Below, one piece after another: positions 1 to 9,564 of a DNA stretch of 64,000 nucleotides. Every line of letters begins with the position of its first letter. Position 1 is the first letter of the stretch. The stretch comes from a virus (lineage: Duplodnaviria; Caudoviricetes), in the IMG/VR virus record IMGVR_UViG_3300032011_004028, positions 1 through 64,000 of that record, one strand, 5' to 3'. A program made the translations under genes and the position numbers. The notes under the pieces are model-generated. The model worked only from the letters and a program-made list of their open reading frames with translations. It was not told the DNA's origin and ran no database searches.

Positions 1-1495
1 AGTTTTCATCAGAGTTATCGGGGTTGGCGATATCAAAACTTTGCTGTTCATGCCTAATTATATCATGGAGAGAGCCTTCTTCGCTAACCTTGAAATTTTC
101 TACCCTAAAATTAAGGAAATTATTTACGAATCTTTCACTTACAACTTCATTACCGTTGACATTCTCCGTAGTGGTCCGACGAACCAAGTCTTGGTGGCCC
201 GCCGCGTCTTTACCTTGGAAACGGGTTTTAAGGGGAATTAATTTATGAGTTCCAAAACGCGGTCCGTCCATAGCGATTTCATCTAAAGTTTTACGTCTGA
301 AAATAGCCACAAAAGTAGCAAACCATTGAAGCCTATCTGATAAAGAGATAGCCGAACTGTCATCAACCAAATTACTTGAATTACGATTGTGAGTTTCGCC
401 TGAACGATTCATTTGCATAGCTGTGATAAGAGGCGCTTTTATTTCCTCCGCTACTCTTTTGAGTTTATCAATTTTCTCTCCTATAGCTTGATGCTCTGCC
501 CAATTGTTTCCCACTCTTTCCCCTGTTAGTTTTACATAGTCGTAAGCTATTACGCATTTTTGGTCACGACCTACATGTTTCATGTGCCATCGTCGAATCA
601 AAGCGCAAACTTCATCTACTGTTTTGTTTCTAACGTGGTAGTGGTAATATTGATGCTTCTTAAAGTCTTGAAAGTACTCCCTAACTTTATCGCACATGTC
701 GCTATTGTTGCGCCAGTTGCCTGTTTCTAGAAACCACAAAGGAACCCCTGTGCGAGATGCTGCCATACGAAACTGAATTTCTTGAGTGGTCATCTCTGTA
801 TCTAGAACAAGCACGGGAACATTGTTTCTCATCGCGGCCCCTACGCACAGATCGTTAATGAAGGTCGTTTTACCTTGAGCCGGGCGAGAAACAATTGCAT
901 AAATATTGCCGTCCCTTAGACCTCCGTATAAACGGTTAAATTCATCATAGGTAGTGGCTAGTCCCGTGTCGTCTACAGGGTTGTCACCGCGTTCTTCTAT
1001 ATTTTCTTCAAGATTGTCGAAAACATTTTGGGGGTCATCGTCAAAACTGTAAGAAGAAACCTTCTCGCCGTAAATGGCATCGGTGGAAGCTATTATTTCA
1101 TCTATGTTACCGGTAGATTTTTTGGAAACGTGCTCTTTAATTTTGTCCGCAGTTTCTACTAAATCTCTTCTGACTCGGGTTTTTAAAAGTTCTTTGCAGG
1201 ATTCTATTACCCCCTCTCTGGTGATAGAGGTAAAATTTAACGTATTGATATAGTCAAAAATATCAATGTCGTCTTTAGACGATATGCCAAGATTGGCTAA
1301 TTTGTTAGCTACTAATACCCTGTCTACCTTCTCGTTGTTAAGGATAGACTCTCTTATAACGCAGTAAATAGTTTGATGGATATTGTTATAGAAGTCTTCC
1401 GCACTAAGGAAAGAATCTATCTCGGCTAATACATCGGGATGCTTAAGAAGCCCTCCCAGAACGTGGACTTCTACTTGATTAGAGAATATGGGCAT
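1..1495 (-). CDS. dnaB: Replicative DNA helicase DnaB-like (3' end runs off the window)
   Basis: Translated by hand from ATG at 1495: MPIFSNQVEVHVLGGLLKHPD..., Walker A IVSRPAQGKTT, then LVLDTEMT and SLSDRLQW. No stop before position 1, which is why the ORF track misses it. Confidence 0.9.
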   Translation of the reverse strand, partial: MPIFSNQVEVHVLGGLLKHPDVLAEIDSFLSAEDFYNNIHQTIYCVIRESILNNEKVDRVLVANKLANLGISSKDDIDIFDYINTLNFTSITREGVIESCKELLKTRVRRDLVETADKIKEHVSKKSTGNIDEIIASTDAIYGEKVSSYSFDDDPQNVFDNLEENIEERGDNPVDDTGLATTYDEFNRLYGGLRDGNIYAIVSRPAQGKTTFINDLCVGAAMRNNVPVLVLDTEMTTQEIQFRMAASRTGVPLWFLETGNWRNNSDMCDKVREYFQDFKKHQYYHYHVRNKTVDEVCALIRRWHMKHVGRDQKCVIAYDYVKLTGERVGNNWAEHQAIGEKIDKLKRVAEEIKAPLITAMQMNRSGETHNRNSSNLVDDSSAISLSDRLQWFATFVAIFRRKTLDEIAMDGPRFGTHKLIPLKTRFQGKDAAGHQDLVRRTTTENVNGNEVVSERFVNNFLNFRVENFKVSEEGSLHDIIRHEQQSFDIANPDNSDEN

Positions 1496-1498
1496 CTA

Positions 1499-2785
1499 CT
1501 ATTTATATACCCGGTCTACTTTAAAGAAGTAATCGAACAGGTTGTCTGGAGCCTGCAAGCCCCCGATGGCCGTATATACAGCCATGCCCTTTTTAGCTCC
1601 CGCATAAATACCGCGGTGAACAGTGGAGTTGGACCCCATCATTCGACTGAGCTGCTCGAAACCATGCTCTAGACTGGACTGAGGGATAGTGTCCAAAGAT
1701 TCCTTATCTCCAATAATGATACAAGCTGCTACGTTACCTGTGGAGACATCTACTCCTGCGAGAATGTTCTTGCGAAGGTTGTCTCTCACGGCGTAAGAAA
1801 TACCCGTTTCACTGAGGTCTTTGACGGGCGTTGCCCCAAACATGATAACGCCAGATGAAAATATAGTATCCAAATCAGCCTTGTCAAATGTCGTATAGGC
1901 AGATTCTTGCGCTGAGATTTTGTTAAATAGATGAAAGATAGAACAGATACTATTATTTGCTGTGCTCCAAAATTGATTAACACTCAACTTAGGGTAAAGC
2001 TGTTTAATTTTCTCGTTATCAAGGATAATAAGGGGAGATACTACTCCTGCCTTTTCTAGCTCTGTTACTTTGAGAACGGTTTTTTTGGAATTCTCCTGAA
2101 CCTTAACGCCTTCTCCTCGAGTGGGGAGAGCTAATACACAACCAACCTTTGCGTCTGTGTCTTTAGTTTCTTTACCAAGGGATTGGTTGAGGTCGTGGCA
2201 TATTTCTAAAACACGAGCTACTCCACCTGCCCCGGTTCCTCCACCGGCACCAGCGCAAACTAAAACTCTTTCATAACCTGCCCCAAAAGTTTTCTTCAGG
2301 AAGTCGAGGATATCTTCATAACGAGTCCTAAATACTTCATCCGCTGCGTCAGGGTTCTTGCCAGCTCCCCCTTCTCCAATAAGTAGTTTATTCTCATCCG
2401 GGATATTTATTAAAGAGAGATCTTGTTGGGCGGTATTTATAACCCCGACACGTCGATACCCTAAGTTCCAAAAAGACTCGGCTAAGCGAGATCCTCCTTG
2501 ACCAACGCCTACTATTGCAAAATTAAAAGCTGCATCATCAAACGTGTCCTTAACTCCGTCCTCAATAGGTTCATCATCCGGCAACGGAATATCAGGTAAA
2601 TCTATACCTAAATCTACTACCCCTTTCCCCGCACTAACGATGTCTTGAGGAGCATCAGTCGCTACCATCTCTGGTACCGAAGGCTCAGGGTTAGATTGTG
2701 GAGCCGGTGTTCCCGGCGCTTCTCCTGCTACTAGAGATTGTGGAACCTCTTCGGGATAATATTGGTTTATATTTGTATCACTCAT
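1499..2785 (-). CDS. Tubulin/FtsZ-family GTPase with Pro/acidic N-terminal extension
   Basis: T1 loop VGVGQGGSRLA, signature GAGGGTGAGG, ILDNEK, T7-like TTFDKADL. Confidence 0.9.
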   Translation of the reverse strand: MSDTNINQYYPEEVPQSLVAGEAPGTPAPQSNPEPSVPEMVATDAPQDIVSAGKGVVDLGIDLPDIPLPDDEPIEDGVKDTFDDAAFNFAIVGVGQGGSRLAESFWNLGYRRVGVINTAQQDLSLINIPDENKLLIGEGGAGKNPDAADEVFRTRYEDILDFLKKTFGAGYERVLVCAGAGGGTGAGGVARVLEICHDLNQSLGKETKDTDAKVGCVLALPTRGEGVKVQENSKKTVLKVTELEKAGVVSPLIILDNEKIKQLYPKLSVNQFWSTANNSICSIFHLFNKISAQESAYTTFDKADLDTIFSSGVIMFGATPVKDLSETGISYAVRDNLRKNILAGVDVSTGNVAACIIIGDKESLDTIPQSSLEHGFEQLSRMMGSNSTVHRGIYAGAKKGMAVYTAIGGLQAPDNLFDYFFKVDRVYK

Positions 2786-3062
2786 TTTCGTCGAATCCTT
2801 CTTCCTCTTCTTCCTCGTTAAAAGCCTTATCTATATTTTTGGAGAAACTATTACTATTCATTCCTTCCATAGCCTCTGACCAATGACTGACCAGATATTG
2901 CAGGGACATAGCGTTTCTTTCGTCCTCTGCCTTAGAATATACTTGAGGGTTGCCATCCTCGTCAAAGTTAAAAAGCATGAAGCCACCGCATGACCATTCG
3001 CTTATTTGGTCTAATATAATATCGGGGATTCTGCTGGTGTCCGTTACTTTCATACTGTTCAT
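2778..3062 (-). CDS. Hypothetical protein with acidic C-terminus (probable start 3053)
   Basis: 94-aa ORF coupled to the tubulin gene; the second ATG (3053) lies 8 nt after a GTGTAA motif. Confidence 0.7.
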   Translation of the reverse strand: MNSMKVTDTSRIPDIILDQISEWSCGGFMLFNFDEDGNPQVYSKAEDERNAMSLQYLVSHWSEAMEGMNSNSFSKNIDKAFNEEEEEEGFDENE

Positions 3063-3071
3063 TACACTATT

Positions 3072-3488
3072 TTAAATACTTATCTCGAATTTCTCTTCAA
3101 TATAAGCCTTAGACAATGAGGATAAATCTTCCTGCACTATCTCTAAAATTTTAAATTTATTATTTTCTAGCCACGTTCTCTTCTCGTAGTCTCGGGTAAT
3201 GGAGCGCAGGTAGTTGGCTCGAGAGTTGTTATGAAAGAACTTATTAAATTGATCGTGTTGAGCGCCTTGCACTTCCACTGCGATCCTTTTGGTCATATTG
3301 ATAAGATCTACTTTCATCCTAGTTCCGTAAACAGGAAACTCTTCATAGCAAATTTGTCCATACCAGTACTTTTTGAAGAACTGCTTAACCTCAAACTGAA
3401 AATTTGACCTACATTCACCATCCCATTTTATCCTATATTTTGTGATGCTTTTATTTACTAATCTTCCTTTAATGTCGTACAGCTTCAC
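3072..3488 (-). CDS. Putative PD-(D/E)xK / Vsr-DUF559-like endonuclease
   Basis: KVDLINMTKRIAVEVQGAQH motif; sits between the RecA and tubulin genes. Confidence 0.6.
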   Translation of the reverse strand: MKLYDIKGRLVNKSITKYRIKWDGECRSNFQFEVKQFFKKYWYGQICYEEFPVYGTRMKVDLINMTKRIAVEVQGAQHDQFNKFFHNNSRANYLRSITRDYEKRTWLENNKFKILEIVQEDLSSLSKAYIEEKFEISI

Positions 3489-3490
3489 TT

Positions 3491-4588
3491 TTAAATAGTA
3501 AGAGCATTGCGAAACTTTTTAAATAAATACCCAGTGACTTCCGGGCTTTTCTCTAAATATTTAACGAAATTGTCTTTACCTTGGTGCTTTGATTCCATTT
3601 CTATGTCGTGAGACTTTAACTCTTCGATTACAGAGTCCGCCACGATTATCCATGCCCCTTTACTTTCTAGCATCTCCCACTGGGTCATGAAGCCGTAAAC
3701 TTCATATTCTACCCATATACTCTTTCCGTTTTTTCTGCCATATTTGATAGGGTATCGCACGGTTTCTCCCGTTCTTTCATTAGCTGTTTTACGGAAAGTA
3801 ACCTTGCACATATGGCCTTCAGGTTTATCTGCTTTTGCCGGAATTAAATCTCCTCCGTATCTAGGTTGAAACTCTAAGATCCAATCTGAATAATGGAGCA
3901 GCGCGTTTCCTCCAGATGCGTTGGTAAGTTTAGGGTCAGTCTTTTCGTACTGATTTACGCTAACTTTACTTCTCACCTGAGATATCATAAAACAAATATG
4001 ACCTTTAGTGGAAAGTCCTAAAGCCATCTTTTTTAAAAAATTTGAACTTAATACGGACCCCCCTGCTACCTTGTCAGACTCCTCGAAGGAACGGTCTAAA
4101 TCCTTTTTAGGAACCATGGCATCCATGGAGTCAACAATAAAAAAATATTTACACTCAGTCGGGTTATTCATAATCAACTCCCTCATGAGCTGAAGAACGC
4201 TTTCAAAAATATTACTTTTATAAACGAACCATTTTTCGCTAGAAGTGTCTACTCCTGAGCGTTCGATCATTTCCGGAGACAGCCTTCCTTCAGATTTTAT
4301 ATAAACCGCCATGCCGTTATCTACTGATTGTTGGAAACTGCGGGCGAAAGATAAAGCGCATGAAGTTTTCCCACCTTCCGAAACACCAGAAGCCCTAATG
4401 ATTCCGGGGCGAATGCCACCCGACATCTCGTTATCTAGAAGAAGGCTACCGCTGGAAACAATATAGTGAGGCTCTTTCTCAAAATTAAAATGTTCATCTT
4501 TGTGGTCTTTAAGATAGCTTTGTATCTGGTCCACGGGATTGAACGTATCCGTAGTCTTCTTTTCAGTTGTTTTCTTTTTTGCTGCCAT
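3491..4588 (-). CDS. recA: RecA/UvsX-like recombinase
   Basis: Walker A GVSEGGKTS, Walker B FIVDSMDA, FMISQVR, ASGGNALLHYS. Confidence 0.85.
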   Translation of the reverse strand: MAAKKKTTEKKTTDTFNPVDQIQSYLKDHKDEHFNFEKEPHYIVSSGSLLLDNEMSGGIRPGIIRASGVSEGGKTSCALSFARSFQQSVDNGMAVYIKSEGRLSPEMIERSGVDTSSEKWFVYKSNIFESVLQLMRELIMNNPTECKYFFIVDSMDAMVPKKDLDRSFEESDKVAGGSVLSSNFLKKMALGLSTKGHICFMISQVRSKVSVNQYEKTDPKLTNASGGNALLHYSDWILEFQPRYGGDLIPAKADKPEGHMCKVTFRKTANERTGETVRYPIKYGRKNGKSIWVEYEVYGFMTQWEMLESKGAWIIVADSVIEELKSHDIEMESKHQGKDNFVKYLEKSPEVTGYLFKKFRNALTI

Positions 4589-5048
4589 TATTTAAAAAAT
4601 CCCTTAATGTCGTCGGTTTCCTTTTGAAGGTTTTATCCTCGCCGAATTTGACCGCTGCTATATTATGGGTAGTAGGGGGAGCTAAGTCAAGGGAAAATTT
4701 AGCGAACTCCACTTTAAGGTACTCTTTTCCTGCTGGGCAAAGATACCAAGCGAGCGTTTCCGTGGGAAAAGCCGGGGGAAGTGCCCTCCAAAAAATTTCA
4801 AGACTGTAGATTTCTATCATTTTTTTAGCTAAACCCAGTTCCCTGATTGCCGCTCCTTTATTGTTCCATATTGTCTTCGGGTGTTTTAAAAATTTATTTA
4901 TTATAAATTGATTTAAATTAACAGGATTCTGCGTCGAAGCACTCTTCCGGCACTTAGGGGAACAATACTTTTTTTGATGCGGCGAGGAAAACTCCTCCTC
5001 GCAATGAGCGCAGGAGTATTTTTTCTTATTCTTCTTTTTTATCGCCAC
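4563..5048 (-). CDS. Hypothetical protein with N-terminal Cys4 zinc-finger-like motif
   Basis: CAHC...CSPKC; GTG start; overlaps the recA start. Confidence 0.65.
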   Translation of the reverse strand: MAIKKKNKKKYSCAHCEEEFSSPHQKKYCSPKCRKSASTQNPVNLNQFIINKFLKHPKTIWNNKGAAIRELGLAKKMIEIYSLEIFWRALPPAFPTETLAWYLCPAGKEYLKVEFAKFSLDLAPPTTHNIAAVKFGEDKTFKRKPTTLRDFLNNGSKKENN

Positions 5049-5145
5049 GGATTAATTATGGCTTTAATGGGGTGCTGAAGCAACCTTTAAATTAGTATAG
5101 ATGGTGTGAAATACTACTAGAGTATAAACATTTTGAAATACTTAA

Positions 5146-6195
5146 CTAAAAGGCCTCGATATCGTTCTTTACCATTCTAGAGACTAAATCCTGAAAAGAA
5201 TACTTAGGTTTCCACCCGAGTTGCTCTCGTATGGGATTAGAGTCGCCGTGGAGAATCATGACTTCGGCGGGGCGGTAAAACTCTTCACTTATAGCTGCTA
5301 GAGTTTTAATCTCAGCTCCTCCCATGTCTATTTCTTGACACACAAAAGTTTCATCCATTCCTTCGCCGAACCATTTTCCATTTATGCCGACGCATTTAAA
5401 TGCTAAGTCAACAAATTCCCGAATAGAATGGGTTTCATTGCTAGATAAAATATATTCTTCAGGGACGTCTTGGTTGATCATCAGCCATATCCCTTCCATG
5501 AAATCTTCGGAGTCAGACCAGTCCCGCTTAGAGTCTACGTTTCCAAGTAGGAGAGGACTGAACTCCTTGCCTTGGTTGATTGCCGACTTAATTGCGGCAA
5601 CTCCCTTCGTAATCTTTCGGGTAACAAACTCTTCCCCTCTCCTGACGCCTTCATGGTTAAAAAGAATGCCGTGAACTGCAAAAATATCATAAGATTCACG
5701 GTAGACTTTAGTTAAAAAACGAGAAGCTACTTTAGAAACCCCGTAAGGACTCCTAGGTTTTGGTGGGTGAGCTTTGTCTTGGGGGCTATAATCTACGTCG
5801 CCCATTTCCTCTGAACTTCCGGCACTGTAGAACCTGCACTTAGGTTGAAATCTCCTAATAGATTCTAAACATCTTAAAGTTCCTAAGGCATTAGTATCCA
5901 TCACATGCTCAGGCATGTCCCAACTGCACCCTACAAACGAATTGGCAGCGAAGTTAATAAAGTAATCTGGCTGAATCTCTTGTACAAGTCTATCCAAAGA
6001 GCCTCCATCCGTAAGGTCTCCATAAACTAACTGAAACCTCTCGTTGTTCAGGAAAGATTCACAATTGGAGAGATTTATATTAGAAGATCTTCTGGTCATC
6101 CCGTAAACAAGATGGTCAGTCTCTTTCAAAAGGTAATCTACCATATTTGGGCCATCTTGGCCAGTTACTCCTGTAATAAGAACTTTTTTCTTCAT
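5146..6195 (-). CDS. gmd: GDP-mannose 4,6-dehydratase
   Basis: LITGVTGQDG, YSAGSSEEMG, PRSPYGVSK, ILFNHEGVRRGEEFVTRKIT, RDWSD. Confidence 0.95.
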   Translation of the reverse strand: MKKKVLITGVTGQDGPNMVDYLLKETDHLVYGMTRRSSNINLSNCESFLNNERFQLVYGDLTDGGSLDRLVQEIQPDYFINFAANSFVGCSWDMPEHVMDTNALGTLRCLESIRRFQPKCRFYSAGSSEEMGDVDYSPQDKAHPPKPRSPYGVSKVASRFLTKVYRESYDIFAVHGILFNHEGVRRGEEFVTRKITKGVAAIKSAINQGKEFSPLLLGNVDSKRDWSDSEDFMEGIWLMINQDVPEEYILSSNETHSIREFVDLAFKCVGINGKWFGEGMDETFVCQEIDMGGAEIKTLAAISEEFYRPAEVMILHGDSNPIREQLGWKPKYSFQDLVSRMVKNDIEAF

Positions 6196-6668
6196 TTTAG
6201 TATTGTAATTTTATTAGATTCACTGTTTTTATAATCTTCTATAACCTCTTTTACAAAAGGAGCTAGATTAGAAGGGACTTCATTTAGGGGGAAAAATTTT
6301 ACATTTAAACTCTCGTCACTCTTTTTAATGTTAAAGGAAGTGGGAGTAGCTAACAAATAAATATCTATAACCTGTTGAGCTTTCTTATCGCCCGAGTAAT
6401 GCCTTATTGTGCCGTATTGAGGGTCAGAATAAATCCCAAAAACTCCCTCTACTTCTATATCAACATTAGTTTCCTCTTTCGTTTCTCTTATTGCTGTCTG
6501 GCTTATGTTTTCTCCGGGCTCTAGTCGGCCTCCGGGGCATCCCCACAGAGAACAATCTTCCCTTTCTTCCAGTAAGATCTTGTCGTTATAAATAACTAAA
6601 GCTCCTATACCCACTTTTACCTCACTGTCTGGTGGAGCTTCTTTTAAAAAAAAAAGTTTATCACTCAT
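6192..6668 (-). CDS. NUDIX hydrolase
   Basis: Canonical Nudix box PGGRLEPGENISQTAIRETKEETNV. Confidence 0.9.
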   Translation of the reverse strand: MSDKLFFLKEAPPDSEVKVGIGALVIYNDKILLEEREDCSLWGCPGGRLEPGENISQTAIRETKEETNVDIEVEGVFGIYSDPQYGTIRHYSGDKKAQQVIDIYLLATPTSFNIKKSDESLNVKFFPLNEVPSNLAPFVKEVIEDYKNSESNKITILK

Positions 6669-7596
6669 GGTTCTTTTTGTACCAATTATAGGTTAGTTCA
6701 AGCCCTTCTTCTAGGGAATATTTATGGGTCCATCCTAACTTGTTCATCCGTGAGTTGTCCCCTACTCGCCGCAAAACTCCATCAGGCTTATCTGTTTGGA
6801 AAGTTATATCTCCTTGGTAATCAACGACTTGAGCAATTTTTTTAGCTAAATCTTCTATCGACCATTCCTCTCCGGTTCCGACATTTAGATGCGTCGCTCC
6901 GTTGCCGTAAACATCACTGGCTGTAATATTTTCTACGGCGAAAGCGCATGCGTCGGCCAAATCATCGACATACTGAAACTCTCTTTTAGCTTTTCCTGTC
7001 CCCCATACTTCTACTGATTCGGTGTTGTTAATCTTGGCTTCGTGAAACTTTCTCAGCAGAGCGGGTAAAACATGAGAGTTTTCCAAATGAAAATTGTCTC
7101 CGGGGCCATATTGATTTGTTGGCATAAGAGAAAAGAAATCACACCCATGCTGGCGGTAATAGCTTTGACACATTTTTATTCCTGCTATCTTAGAAACTGC
7201 ATAAGGCTCATTAGTTGGTTCCAGAGGAGAGGTTAGTAAATATTCTTCTTTTATCGGTTGTTCTGCAAATTTCGGATAAATGCAAATGCTGCCTAAGAAA
7301 ATTAATTTTTTAACCCCATGTTTGTAAGCGTTATGAATTATGTTATTTTGAATCTGGAGGTTTTGATAAATGAAATCAGCGGGATAAGCATTATTGGCGT
7401 GAATGCCCCCTACTTTTGCTGCTGCATCAATAACTATATCTGGTTTATGGGCTTCAAAAAATAAGTCAGTCATTTTCTGATCCATTAAGTCTAAACTGTT
7501 TCTGTCAGCAAAAAGAAGAGATACGTCTTCATTATCGAGCCTTCGCTTGACGGCCGATCCGACTAGTCCGTTATGTCCGGCTATGAATATTTTCAT
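6661..7596 (-). CDS. fcl: GDP-L-fucose synthase
   Basis: IAGHNGLVGSA, AAAKVGGIHAN, FLGSICIYPK, EPTNEPYAVSKIAG, SHVLPALLRK. Confidence 0.95.
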   Translation of the reverse strand: MKIFIAGHNGLVGSAVKRRLDNEDVSLLFADRNSLDLMDQKMTDLFFEAHKPDIVIDAAAKVGGIHANNAYPADFIYQNLQIQNNIIHNAYKHGVKKLIFLGSICIYPKFAEQPIKEEYLLTSPLEPTNEPYAVSKIAGIKMCQSYYRQHGCDFFSLMPTNQYGPGDNFHLENSHVLPALLRKFHEAKINNTESVEVWGTGKAKREFQYVDDLADACAFAVENITASDVYGNGATHLNVGTGEEWSIEDLAKKIAQVVDYQGDITFQTDKPDGVLRRVGDNSRMNKLGWTHKYSLEEGLELTYNWYKKNHE

Positions 7597-7600
7597 TTAT

Positions 7601-7678
7601 TTAATAAAGTTTTCTTAACTGTTTGTTCATCTTGGAAAGGGGGGGTTGTATTGAGCCGCTATCCAGTATCTGATTCAT
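7601..7678 (-). CDS. 25-aa mini-ORF starting inside the left 43-bp repeat (possible relic or coupling peptide)
   Basis: MNQILDSGSIQPPLSKMNKQLRKLY*; its stop is 4 nt upstream of the fcl ATG. Confidence 0.25.
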   Translation of the reverse strand: MNQILDSGSIQPPLSKMNKQLRKLY

Positions 7679-7712
7679 TTCTTAATATTTTGCAAAACTC
7701 CTCTTTATTTCT
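7670..7712. repeat. 43-bp direct repeat, copy A
   Basis: ctgattcatttcttaatattttgcaaaactcctctttatttct; 42/43 identical to 11544-11586. Confidence 0.9.
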
Positions 7713-7766
7713 AATCTTTTTGGAAGATATTTAATGAGCCCACCAAAACATCAGCAATTTCTTGAT

Positions 7767-8843
7767 TCATACAGCGGTACTGCTAACTAAATCTTCTAGT
7801 TTTTTTAGATCTACTTTCCACGGAGAATTCATCCCCCCTGCGATAGACAGAGAGTTTTTATCTATTATAACATCTTTTTGACGGCCCGCGAATTCGGTGT
7901 CGTCAAAATGATATAATTCAGTATGAGTCATAGCATGCTCCAGCCTTTTATTAACCTCAAAAAATTCAGGGCTATTAATGGAGATGACCTTAGTATCTGG
8001 GCCGCAGAAAAGAACGTTAGACATTCCCCCTCCACTAGCCCCAGCTACTACTTTAGCATGACGGAAAGCCCCTACTTTCTCTTTCATAGTTAAGTTTTCG
8101 CAGAATATTTCTTTAAATCCATATTTTTTAAAAATATCAACGACTTGATCTTCATTTACGCATTTTCTCTTTTGGGTATAATCTGTTCCGATGTTTGAGC
8201 TATGTGGTTGAGTCCACGTCCGGCGAGAAACATAAATTTTTTCCTCTACTCCTTCAGAGCCTTTTATTTGCCCGAGAACTTCATAAAGCCCTTTATGGGG
8301 AGGACCTAGAGAAAGTCGGTTATGAGTGAGGGAAGATCCTATGAGTATCTTCTTGTAACAAGTATAAGGGCCTAAAAAGATAAGATCGCTTTTGTGGATT
8401 CCTAATAGCTCTAAAGACTCATAAACAAACGGGTATAAATCCTTTTCTCCTTCAGGGGGGCTAACGAGAAGTTTTAGGGAAGGGTCCTTTTGTTTTTCTA
8501 GAAAATAAACGTACAGGTAAGGAAGTGTGTCATATATCCAGTGAAAATAATTGGCGCAATTATAAACAAAGTAAAAGACATTATTCTCTTCTAGCGTCTT
8601 TATTTGGGGCTGCTTAGGTTCAAACTCCATTGTTTCTTCATAAACGGTGCCCCTGCCTAAAGACATAAATCTTTCAATGGTCGGAAGTATTAACTCCTCC
8701 TCTTTTCTTAATAAGGGTTGGGGGTAATGGGTATTATACCCATCAATCGTGCATCCCAAAAAAGATCCAAGTTTTATATTTCTATCAGGACAAATAGTTT
8801 CAATGTCCCCAAGTTTTGATTCATCCCAGTATTGGATTTTCAT
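7767..8843 (-). CDS. Glycosyltransferase family 61-like (DUF563)
   Basis: NYFHWIYDTLP, IYVSRR, FRHAKVVAGASGGGMSNVLFC. Confidence 0.75.
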   Translation of the reverse strand: MKIQYWDESKLGDIETICPDRNIKLGSFLGCTIDGYNTHYPQPLLRKEEELILPTIERFMSLGRGTVYEETMEFEPKQPQIKTLEENNVFYFVYNCANYFHWIYDTLPYLYVYFLEKQKDPSLKLLVSPPEGEKDLYPFVYESLELLGIHKSDLIFLGPYTCYKKILIGSSLTHNRLSLGPPHKGLYEVLGQIKGSEGVEEKIYVSRRTWTQPHSSNIGTDYTQKRKCVNEDQVVDIFKKYGFKEIFCENLTMKEKVGAFRHAKVVAGASGGGMSNVLFCGPDTKVISINSPEFFEVNKRLEHAMTHTELYHFDDTEFAGRQKDVIIDKNSLSIAGGMNSPWKVDLKKLEDLVSSTAV

Positions 8844-9564
8844 TTTTGTTTTTGTTCCATTCTTCAGGCGTCCCCCAACAATAATAATTATCTACTTCAA
8901 ACATATTAACTTTTAATTCCGTGATAGTGTTAAATATATTATCAATATAATACTCTCCATTGCTACGAATCTTTTTTTTGTAAATTACTTTTGCAGCATT
9001 AATAAAATCTGACGCTCGGGAAAAATAAAAAGTTCCAACAATAGCGTGGTTATTATAAGGATCATCAAAAACACTCTTTTTAACATGAGTCTTTAATAAA
9101 GTGTCGCCATCTACTTCCAGCCAACTATAGGAGGATGGATTAGATGCAAAGGATTCATTACGTATGGTTGACCAAACTATAATATCTGCATCCCGTTTTA
9201 CTTTCTCAAATTTAGGCCTAGACCATTCTAGCCCATAATCACAACAGCTAATTATAATAGGGTCGTCATTCTTTATAGATGACTTTTCTATACCTATTTG
9301 AGCGGAGCAAGCTTGCCCTTCAGTGGTTTCATCTACGGTTACAAACTCGCAGTTTGGGTAGTGAATCCTTAATAGCTCATCTATTTGATATTTTTTTAAA
9401 TGTTCGCTCCTGCAAACAAACACATATTTTTCAAAAGTCGGCAAACAGTTTACTGCTTTAATTATCATTGGGTCACCCCCGACTTCTAGCAAAGGTTTGG
9501 GAACCTCTTCCCCTGCTTGGCTAAACCTTTTTCCGTCACCGGCCAGTGTTATAAGTCCCGTCAT
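8821..9564 (-). CDS. Sugar-phosphate nucleotidyltransferase
   Basis: LAGDGKRFSQAGEEVPKPLLEV, TTEGQACS, ISCCD, WGTPEE. Confidence 0.85.
   Translation of the reverse strand: MTGLITLAGDGKRFSQAGEEVPKPLLEVGGDPMIIKAVNCLPTFEKYVFVCRSEHLKKYQIDELLRIHYPNCEFVTVDETTEGQACSAQIGIEKSSIKNDDPIIISCCDYGLEWSRPKFEKVKRDADIIVWSTIRNESFASNPSSYSWLEVDGDTLLKTHVKKSVFDDPYNNHAIVGTFYFSRASDFINAAKVIYKKKIRSNGEYYIDNIFNTITELKVNMFEVDNYYCWGTPEEWNKNKNENPILG

Noticed and set aside
7639-7645. G7 homopolymer in the mini-ORF as a phase-variation tract
   Set aside because: The tract is short and lies in a doubtful ORF; no supporting evidence.
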